A DNA stretch of 64,000 bases from contig CBDBNP010000007.1 in NCBI GenBank assembly GCA_965207865.1, forward strand, positions 531,231-595,230. The letters are read 5' to 3'. The translations under genes and the position numbers were made by a program. Numbering within the stretch: the stretch's first letter is position 1; each line of letters opens with the position of its first letter. The notes beneath the pieces were generated by a model. That model was not told the origin of the DNA, ran no database searches, and saw only the letters and a program-made list of their open reading frames with translations. Below, piece after piece: positions 55,619-64,000 of the stretch. This DNA is from Dehalococcoidia bacterium. GTDB taxonomy: Bacteria > Chloroflexota > Dehalococcoidia > Lucifugimonadales > UBA3495.

Positions 55619-56290
55619 ATGGACTACGAAATCCTTCACAAACCATCCTATGCGCTGGCTATGATCAGGATGAATCGCGGAGAGCAACTCCAGGCGGAAA
55701 CCGGTGTCATGGTCAGCATGTCGGACACCATCAAAATGGAGACGGGCACGCGAGGTGGAATCTTCGGCGGCCTGCGTCGGTCGGTCCTGGGAGGGGAGAG
55801 TTTTTTCGTAAACACCTTCACCGCAGAGGAGCCGGGCGAAGTGTCCGTCGCGCCATCCCTCCCGGGCGACATTGAGGTCATGGAGCTGCGGCACGAGACG
55901 GTTATGGTCCAGTCCGGCTCCTTCCTCGCCGCGACTATGGACATTGAGGTGGACTCGCAGTGGGGAGGCGCAAAGTCCTTCTTTTCCAAGGAGGGGCTGT
56001 TCCTGCTGCGCTGTTCCGGACGAGGGCTGCTGTTCATTTCATCGTACGGAGCAATCCACCGCATTGACCTGGCGCAGGGTGAGCGCTACACGGTGGATAA
56101 CGGCCACATGGTTGCCTTTGACGAAAGTGTCAGGTACGACGTGGGACGCTCGGGAGGCTGGAAGACCACCCTACTCAGCGGAGAGGGCCTGGTCTGCAAG
56201 CTGGAGGGCCCCGGCCGCTTCTTCATGCAGACCCGCAGCGAGGATGACTTCCTGAGCTGGCTCGTCCCCAAGCTGCCCAAGCGGGGCTAG
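55619..56290 (+). CDS. AIM24/TIGR00266 (DUF124) family protein
   Basis: AGGGAGG RBS. The pattern LxxGExxxAExGAMVxMS ... GESFF.N.F ... GPGxxxLQT is recognisable (GEQLQAETGVMVSMS, GESFFVNTF, GPGRFFMQT). Confidence 0.8.
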   Translation: MDYEILHKPSYALAMIRMNRGEQLQAETGVMVSMSDTIKMETGTRGGIFGGLRRSVLGGESFFVNTFTAEEPGEVSVAPSLPGDIEVMELRHETVMVQSGSFLAATMDIEVDSQWGGAKSFFSKEGLFLLRCSGRGLLFISSYGAIHRIDLAQGERYTVDNGHMVAFDESVRYDVGRSGGWKTTLLSGEGLVCKLEGPGRFFMQTRSEDDFLSWLVPKLPKRG

Positions 56291-56336
56291 TTGTGCGAAT
56301 TCTTTTTGTTGATGGGTAGCCCTGGCTGTAGCGTTC

Positions 56337-56404
56337 AGGGCGCACACAAGGGACGCCCCTACGGGACAGTCTCTGACTGGTAGGGGCAACCCTTGTGGTT
56401 GCCC
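56337..56404. repeat. pair of GC-rich REP-like hairpins between convergent genes
   Basis: GGGCG-N13-CGCCC (56338-60) and GGGCAACC-CTTGT-GGTTGCCC (56384-56404). Same TAGGGGC...GCCCCT style as the hairpin at 7961-7985. Confidence 0.55.
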
Positions 56405-56449
56405 TCGTTGGCCATCATTTCAAAGCAGTTGGTCCAATAGCTGCCCCAG

Positions 56450-57352
56450 TCAGTGAATCCTGATCCCGCCGCCTTCCACCCGGCACTGCATCGTTGATTC
56501 CAGGCAGTCAAAGCGTTTCCTCGCACAGGCGGCGGCCTGGGCCACGGCTGCTGGCTGGTCGGGGAGCAGTATGCCTATCACGGTCCCGCTGTGGGCAACG
56601 TTCACCCCATAGGCGCCGACCTCGGCGGAAAGGGCCAGCACATCGTCCAGGCGCGGATTGAATGAGACCTCCTGGTTAGCGATGGCGCTGATGGTAGCAC
56701 CCTTGCCGATATGGAGGGGATTTCCCCGCAGCAGCCCGGTCTCGATGAGCGACACTGCCTCGGACATCCTGGGCCCCAGGGACTTCAGGGCCGTATCCCG
56801 TGCAGCGCTGTTGCACTCCCTGTTGTATTCCAGGGTATCCACAGTTCCGCCGAAATCCAGCACCAAAACGCGCATGGGTGGGGGCTGACCCAGGGCACGG
56901 GCAATTCTCCCCTCGCGATGGTCGAAGACCGCGATTCCGGGAAACATGATCCCGTCGCTGGGCTCCACGCCCAGGGCGATTTCGGCAATTTGATCCGACT
57001 CCAGCCGGTGGCCGACGGCGGATGCTGTTGCCGCGATGCTGGCGACCACATCTGCCGTGCTGCTGGCCATGCCCTTTCCCCGCGGGAGTCCGGATTCCAG
57101 CGAGAGCCGGGCATCCACGCCCGTCTCGTTCAGGAATCCCAGAGTCGCCTCCACAGCCCGGGCGGCCTTGGGAGAGTCGGTCGGCGCCACGACATTCCCG
57201 TCGCCGGGCAGCAGACTCACTGTCGCGGTGCTCCGTATATCAATAGGGCAAGTGACCAGGCACAGGACGCCGTCCAGCATCCCTTGGGCCAGCTCCCCGC
57301 AGGTGCCAGGCGCCGATGCCGTTCCAATCCGGAGGTCCTCGTGTCCGGACAT
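56450..57352 (-). CDS. pduX: GHMP-family kinase, probable L-threonine kinase (PduX-like)
   Basis: ORF track gives 56450..57571. ATG 57352 overlaps the cobU stop (TGATG). APGTCGELAQG and PRGKGMASSTAD (GHMP motif II). Sits in the cobalamin operon next to cobD. Confidence 0.65.
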   Translation of the reverse strand: MSGHEDLRIGTASAPGTCGELAQGMLDGVLCLVTCPIDIRSTATVSLLPGDGNVVAPTDSPKAARAVEATLGFLNETGVDARLSLESGLPRGKGMASSTADVVASIAATASAVGHRLESDQIAEIALGVEPSDGIMFPGIAVFDHREGRIARALGQPPPMRVLVLDFGGTVDTLEYNRECNSAARDTALKSLGPRMSEAVSLIETGLLRGNPLHIGKGATISAIANQEVSFNPRLDDVLALSAEVGAYGVNVAHSGTVIGILLPDQPAAVAQAAACARKRFDCLESTMQCRVEGGGIRIH

Positions 57353-57942
57353 CAGGGGAGGGGTGCCCTTCCGCCGCTGAAGGGGCCGCTGGCGAAAGGT
57401 GCCGCGCCCAGGGCTTTCAGGTCCATGGCCAGCCCGGCGATCAGCATGTAGGCCCTGTCGGCACGCGCCGCAAACATCTGGTTCACTCGGCCCTGGACGT
57501 CCCGGAATTTCCGGCCCAGCGGCGATGGAGGCACCAGGCTCAGGCCCACTTCGTTGCTCACGACTATCCATGTCGCGGATGACCCCTCGTACACCTCCAG
57601 CAACTCACCGGCAGCCGTCAGAATTTCCTGCTCGGCGTTAGGGTTGCCCTCCCCTGCCAGCAGCATGTTGCTGATCCAGAGGGTGAGACAGTCCAGCAGG
57701 CAAGTGTCGTACCCCTCAAGCGCCGGGCCCAATGCCGAAGGCAGGGCCAGAGGCTCCTCCAGCGTGTCCCATTCGGCAGGTCGCTGGCGGCGGTGCATGT
57801 CGATGCGCTGGCGCATTTCTTCATCAAATGCCTCGGCGGTGGCCACGTAGAGTACCCGACTGCCTTCCTTGGCGAGCTGTTCAGCAAAGGTGCTCTTGCC
57901 TGACCGAGCGCCGCCCAGCACGAAAATCAGCTGCTTGGGCAA
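57352..57942 (-). CDS. cobU: adenosylcobinamide kinase / adenosylcobinamide-phosphate guanylyltransferase
   Basis: IFVLGGARSGKSTFAE (P-loop), YVATA and RIDMHRRQRP are typical of CobU/CobP. Confidence 0.9.
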   Translation of the reverse strand: MPKQLIFVLGGARSGKSTFAEQLAKEGSRVLYVATAEAFDEEMRQRIDMHRRQRPAEWDTLEEPLALPSALGPALEGYDTCLLDCLTLWISNMLLAGEGNPNAEQEILTAAGELLEVYEGSSATWIVVSNEVGLSLVPPSPLGRKFRDVQGRVNQMFAARADRAYMLIAGLAMDLKALGAAPFASGPFSGGRAPLP

Positions 57943-59051
57943 TGATCCCCCGCTTTGGAGAGCACGGCCCGGAGCGCGTCCGCCAGCCTGCGGTTGTCCT
58001 CCATGGCCCTTATCCCTATCCTAATGTACTCCGGGAGACCGAAGGAACTACAGTCCCGCACGCAAATGCGGTACTCGGACAGGAGAGCGGCACGGCTATT
58101 GCTGGCGCATCCCACGTTGAGGAGCAGGAAATTGGCCGCAGCCGGAGGGCAGCCAATGCCGAGTGTCGCTGCGACCTGCCTCAAGTACTCCTTGCCCCGC
58201 TCCACGATCTGCCTTCCCCTTGCGACGTGCTCCCCATCGGAGAGGGCGGCGATTCCGGCGGCCTGGGCGGCCGCGTTCACGCTCCAGCTGTACTGGAACC
58301 GCCGCACCTGCCCGACAACCTCCTCCGATGCCAGTAGGTAGCCGAGTCGCAGGCCCGTCAGAGCGTAGTCCTTGGTCATCGAACGCAGCAGCACTACGTT
58401 GTCCAGCGACAGAAGAGGAGTGGAATCCCAGCGTTCCTCGACAAAGGGGAGGTAGGCCTCGTCAACGACCAGTACACCCACGCCCTGCAGCGCCTTGGCA
58501 ACACTCCGGAGCTCGTCCTCCCCCACATAGACGCCTGTCGGGTTATTGGGATTGCACAGAAAGACGATGGACGGCGATAGCTCTGCGATGCAGTCAATGG
58601 CTTTCGTAATGTCCCAGCGGAACATTGCGTCAGGCGGCCCCTCGTCCGAGGGACGAAACGAGACAGGCTCCACTCCTTCGTTGCGACAGGCCGCCACATA
58701 TTCACCAAAGGTTGGAGCGAATATCAGGGCCGAATCATCCGGGGACAGGAAAGCCCGCGCCAAGAGGTGTATCAGCTCGGTGGACCCGTTGCCCGGCAGG
58801 ACGTTTGCAGGGCTGACTCCCGTGGCGCGGCCAATGGAATTCCTGAGATCGAGGCACTCGGGGTCCGGATATGCGGCGAGGTTGACCCGCTGTGCCGCCT
58901 CCAGCGCCACCTGCGACGGGCCCAGGGGGTTGATGCTGGCGCTGAAGTCCGTGACATCCTCGGGGCGAAGTCCTAGCGCCGCCAGTTCCGAATAGTTCAG
59001 GCCGCCATGTACCGGCCTCTGTTGTCTGCTTGGCAAGTCCAATGGAATCAA
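57927..59051 (-). CDS. cobD: threonine-phosphate decarboxylase (class I/II aminotransferase fold)
   Basis: VHGG...DFSASINPLGP N-terminus, NPNNPTG and SMTKDYALTGLRLGY (PLP Lys). Lies between cbiB and cobU. Confidence 0.8.
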   Translation of the reverse strand: MIPLDLPSRQQRPVHGGLNYSELAALGLRPEDVTDFSASINPLGPSQVALEAAQRVNLAAYPDPECLDLRNSIGRATGVSPANVLPGNGSTELIHLLARAFLSPDDSALIFAPTFGEYVAACRNEGVEPVSFRPSDEGPPDAMFRWDITKAIDCIAELSPSIVFLCNPNNPTGVYVGEDELRSVAKALQGVGVLVVDEAYLPFVEERWDSTPLLSLDNVVLLRSMTKDYALTGLRLGYLLASEEVVGQVRRFQYSWSVNAAAQAAGIAALSDGEHVARGRQIVERGKEYLRQVAATLGIGCPPAAANFLLLNVGCASNSRAALLSEYRICVRDCSSFGLPEYIRIGIRAMEDNRRLADALRAVLSKAGDHCPSS

Positions 59052-60013
59052 CCCGCCACAACCCCGCGCAGGGCCAGCACTCCCAGGGCCATCGGTGCCC
59101 CGATGGCAGCCACCACCAGGGCTATCCTTACCGATTGGCTGATGTGCCGGGGATCCGGGTCATCCAGCCCGTCGCCGATGCGGTAGTGACCTGCCTTTTC
59201 GAGGGCCACGCCCAAGAGACCGGACATTGCGCCGATGGTCCAGCCAGCGTTGGGGCTGGCAGTCAGGCGCCTTCCCTTCCATAGCCAGCGCATCCCTCGC
59301 CCTGTGGGCAGCCGGCACAGGCCGCCGGAGACGACGATGAGTCCTGCGCTCAGGCGCGCCGGGACCAAGTTCATCACGTCGTCCAGCCTGGCAGAAGCCT
59401 TGCCGAGATATTCGTACTTTCCCCTGTAGCCGATCATACTGTCCAAGGTGTTCACCGCCCGGTAGGCAAAAGCCCCGGGCAACCCCAGCAGGGCGAACGC
59501 CAACCAGGGGCCGATGTAGCTGTCTGTAGTGTTCTCCGCCACGGATTCTATGGCAGCCGCCGAGGCCAAGGACTTGTCGAGCGAACCGGCATCCCGGCTC
59601 ACCAGGCTGCGCAGCTCGTGCCGGGCCTCGCCGATGCTGCCTTCGTTTATGGCATCCTTGACGCCAATCCCGGCCTGCGCCAGTCCCTTGACGGCAAAAG
59701 TGGTGCTCAGAAGCACTGTCGCTCCCACCAGGTAGGGTATCGTGCCCAGCTCACGGAGGCCGTTGGCTGCCACCCAGGCCACCCCACCGAACAGTGACGG
59801 AACGGCCACGGCCATCACGGCGCCCCAAGCGAGAGCGAGCCTTCCAGACTCGGGAGACGGTCCCACCCTCTCCATCAAGGAGACGGTCCGGCCCATCCAG
59901 ACCACCGGATGCAGCCGGTTGGGAAGTTCTCGCAGTGCGAGATCCAGGACCAGCGCCAGGACCAGTGCTCCTGCGTCAAGATACCATTCTCCAGGAAATA
60001 AGCGCCACTCCAT
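59048..60013 (-). CDS. cbiB: adenosylcobinamide-phosphate synthase
   Basis: HPVVWMG motif, a polytopic membrane protein and the CbiB/CobD family pattern. 4-bp overlap with the next gene. Confidence 0.9.
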   Translation of the reverse strand: MEWRLFPGEWYLDAGALVLALVLDLALRELPNRLHPVVWMGRTVSLMERVGPSPESGRLALAWGAVMAVAVPSLFGGVAWVAANGLRELGTIPYLVGATVLLSTTFAVKGLAQAGIGVKDAINEGSIGEARHELRSLVSRDAGSLDKSLASAAAIESVAENTTDSYIGPWLAFALLGLPGAFAYRAVNTLDSMIGYRGKYEYLGKASARLDDVMNLVPARLSAGLIVVSGGLCRLPTGRGMRWLWKGRRLTASPNAGWTIGAMSGLLGVALEKAGHYRIGDGLDDPDPRHISQSVRIALVVAAIGAPMALGVLALRGVVAG

Positions 60014-60031
60014 GTGCAGTGATCGTCATCC

Positions 60032-60904
60032 TCACCACGACCATTCGTGGAGAGGTCGCAGAAAGTTCGAGGACACCGCGTAGGCCAGGATGGCCGCCCC
60101 TATCAGTACCATTGCCTCCACTGCCTCGTTGACCGCTCCGTAAACGTCACCGGTCACTCCTCCCAAGAGACGCGCTGCCCACCACGCCAGCGCTGCCGCC
60201 ACGCCGGTCGCCAAGGCCAGCAGGGCCAATCCGCCCGGTCCCGCCAGGGCAACCGTCGCGACCAGAGCCACAACCAGTCCCGCCAGCAGTTGGCCCCTCT
60301 TTTTCCACACCAACCCCACTGAACGCCAGCGTGCGCCGTGCCGTTCAGGCTGGGCGGCGGGCTGGAAGGGCACCCCGATCCCCTGCGTCCTGGCGTACGG
60401 AAAGAACTCCAGCACCAGCAGCATGCCCCAGCGCGACAGGCACGGAAACAGCAAGAGAAGCCAAAAGCGTACCGGCATGGGCAGCGCCATGATAGCAGCA
60501 ACCTTCAGCAGGAGCAGGCTCACAGCTCCGACCACGGCAAACGCTCCAACGTGGGAGTCCCGCAGGATCGACAGTCGTCTCTCGCGGTCGAAGCCGCCGA
60601 ACAGAGCATCGCAGCAGTCCATGAAACCGTCGAGGTGAAGGGCGCGGGTGAGCGCTGCCAGGGCCACGACGAGAATAGATGCGGACAACGCAGAGGGGAA
60701 ATGGCGGTTCTCGTCGGTGAGGATAGGGTATCCCCACTGCATCAGGAGGTCGAGGCAGGCCAAGACCAGCCCCAGCAGGAGCCCGACCACGGGAAACCAT
60801 CCTCTCGCCGATTCCAAACCTCCGGAGCTTGCCGAAGGGGGAGCGACCGGCAGGATGGTCAGGAACCCCAGCGCCGCTCTCATTCCAACGGAGGGCCCGT
60901 TCAC
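60032..60904 (-). CDS. cobS: adenosylcobinamide-GDP ribazoletransferase (cobalamin synthase)
   Basis: AALGFLTILP..., FPVVGLLLG and GGVTGDVYGA are CobS signatures. Confidence 0.9.
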   Translation of the reverse strand: MNGPSVGMRAALGFLTILPVAPPSASSGGLESARGWFPVVGLLLGLVLACLDLLMQWGYPILTDENRHFPSALSASILVVALAALTRALHLDGFMDCCDALFGGFDRERRLSILRDSHVGAFAVVGAVSLLLLKVAAIMALPMPVRFWLLLLFPCLSRWGMLLVLEFFPYARTQGIGVPFQPAAQPERHGARWRSVGLVWKKRGQLLAGLVVALVATVALAGPGGLALLALATGVAAALAWWAARLLGGVTGDVYGAVNEAVEAMVLIGAAILAYAVSSNFLRPLHEWSW

Positions 60905-60916
60905 GTTGCTTGCGCT

Positions 60917-62011
60917 CTAACTCTGGTCAGGCTCGTCCTCCGGATCCCTGTCCGACACACCTGCTTCGGCGAATGTCGCCATTTCGGACAGCGTGGCGGC
61001 GGCGGCCTCGATGATCGGCATTGCCAGTGCCGCACCCGTTCCCTCACCCAGGCGCATTCCCAGGTCGAACAGGGGCTCCAGCTCCAGGGAGGCGAGGGCA
61101 GCGCGGTGTCCCCGCTCCGCCGAGACGTGGGACCCAAGCATGAAATCCCGGGAAGTCGGACAAACGGCATTGGCCACCAGGGCGGCGGCGCTGGAAATGA
61201 AACCGTCAACCACCACCGGGCGGCGCATCATGGCTGCGCCGATGATCACGCCGGCCAGGACGCCGATCTCGAACCCACCGACTTTCGATAGCAGATCTAT
61301 CCCATCGGATGGATCGGGGGAGTTGACCTCCAGCGCGGTGCGTACCACACCGGCCTTGTGCTGTAGCTCCTCGGGGTTGCGTCCCGTGCCTTCTCCAGTG
61401 GTCTGTTCGGTATCCAAATGGGTAACCGCAGCCGTGATGGCGCTGGAAGCCGTGGTGTTACCGATACCCATGTCGCCAGTGGCCAACAGATCAACGCCCG
61501 ATTCGATCACCTCAACCGCCAGACTAATCCCGGCCTCCAGGCACTGCGTCGCCTGTTCTCGCGACATCGCCGGACCTTGGCTCATGTCGTCCGTGCCCCT
61601 GCCGATCTTGAGCGTGCGAAGCTCCGGGCTGTCGGGAAGATCAGAGGCGACTCCGGCGTCAACAATCACCTGGCGAATTCCCAGGTGCCGGCACATGGCG
61701 CTGATGGCGGCGCCACCGCCGAGGAAGTTGAGCACCATCTGCGCTGTGACTTCCTGCGGGTAGGCGGTGACTCCCTGGGCGACCACCCCGTGGTCTCCGG
61801 CGGCGATGATCACTGCTTTCCCGCCGATGGTTGGCCTCTCGGTGCCAAAGATGCCAGCCAGCCTGATGGAGAGATCCTCCAGGCGACCCAGGGCGCCCGG
61901 CGGCTTGGTCAGGTTTCCCTGCCGGGCCTCGGCCCGGACCATTGCGGCAGTATCCAGACCCCCGGTACGTTCCAACGCATCAGCGAGTGTGACTCCGATG
62001 TTTGACACCAC
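60917..62011 (-). CDS. cobT: nicotinate-nucleotide--dimethylbenzimidazole phosphoribosyltransferase
   Basis: Contains LTKPPGALGRLE, AGDHGV, GDMGIGNTT and LGEGTGAALA. Confidence 0.92.
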   Translation of the reverse strand: MVSNIGVTLADALERTGGLDTAAMVRAEARQGNLTKPPGALGRLEDLSIRLAGIFGTERPTIGGKAVIIAAGDHGVVAQGVTAYPQEVTAQMVLNFLGGGAAISAMCRHLGIRQVIVDAGVASDLPDSPELRTLKIGRGTDDMSQGPAMSREQATQCLEAGISLAVEVIESGVDLLATGDMGIGNTTASSAITAAVTHLDTEQTTGEGTGRNPEELQHKAGVVRTALEVNSPDPSDGIDLLSKVGGFEIGVLAGVIIGAAMMRRPVVVDGFISSAAALVANAVCPTSRDFMLGSHVSAERGHRAALASLELEPLFDLGMRLGEGTGAALAMPIIEAAAATLSEMATFAEAGVSDRDPEDEPDQS

Positions 62012-62099
62012 AGTGGACCTTCCTGCCCTGAATTTTAGCCCTGATATATGGACGGAAAGACTAGCCGGAAAGATTGATCTGAAAGATAGGCGGGAGAAT

Positions 62100-62924
62100 T
62101 CACGCAGACGGCCCGATCAGCCACACCTGGGGAGAACCCGTCGTGGGATCCAGCTGCACCGTTGTCTCGACACCGAAGGCGCTCCTGAGATTATTGGTAG
62201 TTAGGACCTCGACAGGACTCCCCTCCGCCGCAATGCGCCCGTCGGACATGAGGGTCAGCCGGTCGCAATAACGGCTGGCCAGGGATACGTCGTGGAGGGC
62301 GACAACCACGGCCACCTGCCTGGCGGCCACCTCCTCCCTCAGCGTCTCCATGATCGAAAGGCGATGGCGCAGGTCCAGGCTGGCCGATGGCTCATCCAGA
62401 ATAATGACGCCGGCCTGTTGAGCCAGTGCCCGCGCCAGAATAACCCGCTGGCGCTCGCCACCCGAGAGCCGGTCGAGCTGCCGGTCCTCGAACTGGGCCG
62501 TATCCGTGCGGGCCATCGCGGCCAGCGCGATCTCCCGGTCCTGCCTTCCTTCGAGCTCGAAACGCCCCAGGTGGGCGTACCGGCCCATGAGCACCGTCTC
62601 GATGGCCGTAAAGGGGTGTGTCGCATCGTGCTGGGGCATAAACGCAATGCGTCGCGCCCTCTGGCTGGAGTTGAGTCCCTTCAGCGGCTCGTCCTCGATC
62701 CGCACGTCTCCCGATTCCGGACGCAGCAACCCCGCCAGCACGCGCAGCAGCGTGCTCTTCCCCGCGCCATTGGGGCCGATGAGGCCCGCGACTTCGCCAG
62801 CGCGGGCCTCGAATGACACCGATTTCAGGATGGGGTTGCCCCCGAGCCGGACCGATACGTCCCTGGCGGACAGGGCGGCCGTGCTTGCGCTTACAGCCTG
62901 TCCTGGGCTTGTCGAAAGGGTCAA
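62100..62924 (-). CDS. ABC transporter ATP-binding protein (FecE/BtuD type)
   Basis: GPNGAGKSTLL (Walker A), LSGGERQRV (signature) and IILDEP (Walker B). Confidence 0.9.
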   Translation of the reverse strand: MTLSTSPGQAVSASTAALSARDVSVRLGGNPILKSVSFEARAGEVAGLIGPNGAGKSTLLRVLAGLLRPESGDVRIEDEPLKGLNSSQRARRIAFMPQHDATHPFTAIETVLMGRYAHLGRFELEGRQDREIALAAMARTDTAQFEDRQLDRLSGGERQRVILARALAQQAGVIILDEPSASLDLRHRLSIMETLREEVAARQVAVVVALHDVSLASRYCDRLTLMSDGRIAAEGSPVEVLTTNNLRSAFGVETTVQLDPTTGSPQVWLIGPSA

Positions 62925-62928
62925 CGGT

Positions 62929-64000
62929 TTACTCCCCGCGGTATGGCTCGAAATCCGTAAAAGTCACGTCGGCAAACAGGTCTGGGAAGAGAATTTCTGC
63001 CGTTGATTCTATGCCCCGCACGTTCCAGTGAGACAGGGTGATGTGCTTCGGTGCATCCATAATGTGGACCTCGCCGTTTGCAATTGCAGGCACTTCAGCC
63101 AGCACCGGGTCGTTCAGCAGGTCGTCGCGCAGCGAGGTGCCGCCATCGCCGCCCTGGGGGATGATAATGAAGTCAGGGTTCATGGCCGCGACGGACTCAG
63201 TGGTTATCGTCTTGAACCCATCAATGCCGTCACGCGCCGCCGCATTCAAGCCACCAGCGGACTCGATGATTCCGTTGCCGGTGGTACCGCCCCCTGCAAC
63301 GCTGATGGAGTCAGACCAACGGGATATCGAAATCACCGCCGGTCTCCCAGGATCGCCAACGGGCGGTACTCTGTCGGATATCGTCGCCAGCCTGTCCTCG
63401 ATTTCCGCGGCCAGCTCCAGGGCCCGTTCCTCTACCCCCAGCATGTATCCCATCAGCAATATGTTGGGGACATTCCCCTCGGCGGAACTTTCCAGGGCAG
63501 GCCTCACGACCGAAACCCCGGCATCCTTCACGAGGTCGACTATATCAGCATCCGTGAACGCCGAAACAATGAACAGGTCCGGTTCGGCGGCCAGGACATT
63601 CTCGGCACCTTTCTCAAATACGGGGTATTCCGAGGCAATGTTGGCCACGTTGGAATAGGAGGCATTGCTGGCGAACGCGCCCAGAGCGGCCACCCGTTCC
63701 GGCGGCACGAGGGCCACCAGCATCTCGTCGTGTCCCAGGGAATACGTGAGGATGCGCTCCGGCGGCGCCTCCAGCGTCACCACGCCCTCGAGGGTTTCGA
63801 CGTCGCGAGGCCAGCCGGTGTTGGACGGGTCAACGATGCCCGGTACAGCGGGATATGGCTCCGGCGTTGACGTCGGCTCCGGTGTGTTCGTTGGCTGAGG
63901 CGCCTCGGTCGCAGCTGGCTCTGACGTCGGCTCAGCCGTTGCTGCGGGTGCCGAAGTGGGGACCGCCGTTGGCTCCTCAGGTGTTTCCGCCTCGGGCGTG
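62929..64000 (-). CDS. periplasmic binding protein (BtuF/FhuD class) with a Pro/Thr-rich N-terminal linker; N-terminus beyond the window
   Basis: The ORF track begins at 63783, but the frame stays open to the window edge (...TPEPTSTPEPYPAVPGIVDPSNTGWPRDVETLEGVVTLEAPPERI). The body has the class-III SBP pattern (PDLFIVSAF, NPDFIIIP). Confidence 0.8.
   Translation of the reverse strand, partial: TPEAETPEEPTAVPTSAPAATAEPTSEPAATEAPQPTNTPEPTSTPEPYPAVPGIVDPSNTGWPRDVETLEGVVTLEAPPERILTYSLGHDEMLVALVPPERVAALGAFASNASYSNVANIASEYPVFEKGAENVLAAEPDLFIVSAFTDADIVDLVKDAGVSVVRPALESSAEGNVPNILLMGYMLGVEERALELAAEIEDRLATISDRVPPVGDPGRPAVISISRWSDSISVAGGGTTGNGIIESAGGLNAAARDGIDGFKTITTESVAAMNPDFIIIPQGGDGGTSLRDDLLNDPVLAEVPAIANGEVHIMDAPKHITLSHWNVRGIESTAEILFPDLFADVTFTDFEPYRGE

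Noticed and set aside
62012-62099. CCACTGT-containing stretch between the ABC ATPase gene and cobT, considered as a cobalamin riboswitch B12 box.
   Set aside because: The gap is only 88 nt, whereas a riboswitch is roughly 200 nt. The rest of the conserved core (GGUGAAA..., GCCACUG context) is absent, and the position is internal to the operon.

Overview
GC-rich bacterial chromosomal segment with about 70 protein genes and no rRNA, tRNA or CRISPR array that I could find. The gene content includes hspR-grpE-dnaK, rny-ymdB, a PAC2 protein and ino1 with PI-type lipid genes. It also includes many crotonase, CaiB, LLM and FMN oxidoreductases and Pro/Thr-rich lipoprotein linkers. This suggests a Chloroflexota- or Actinomycetota-like, possibly marine SAR202-like, organism (inference only). 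The backbone is housekeeping: dnaK/grpE/hspR, dnaJ, prmA, recA/recX, rny, trpS and ribH. There is also an ino1 / GT4 / CDP-alcohol phosphatidyltransferase lipid cluster, a MoxR-DUF58-DUF4129 operon, and a cobalamin nucleotide-loop and salvage operon (ABC importer parts, then cobT-cobS-cbiB-cobD-cobU-pduX). Five things deserve a second look. (1) Selenium use: selD has an in-frame TGA at the catalytic Cys position, which the ORF track missed. A small glutaredoxin-like gene ends GGT-TGA-GAG-TTC-TAG, which could be a C-terminal Sec-X-X-stop. (2) An AT-richer islet carries an orphan DUF433 gene and a protein with nine 17-aa (51-bp) tandem repeats fused to a HEPN-like Rx4H C-terminal domain. (3) A second islet carries DUF3800, a putative antitoxin and a PIN toxin. 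(4) Two complete IS elements have visible inverted repeats and target-site duplications (an ISAs1-family and an IS5-family element). Each has a -1 frame break at a G-run. An 84-bp MITE-like remnant shares the IS5-family termini. (5) A 630-bp non-coding gap, HAIR-like operators at the hspR and dnaJ promoters, and an atypical kinase / PP2C pair. Most long ORFs lying antisense to real genes are GC-driven shadows and were rejected.
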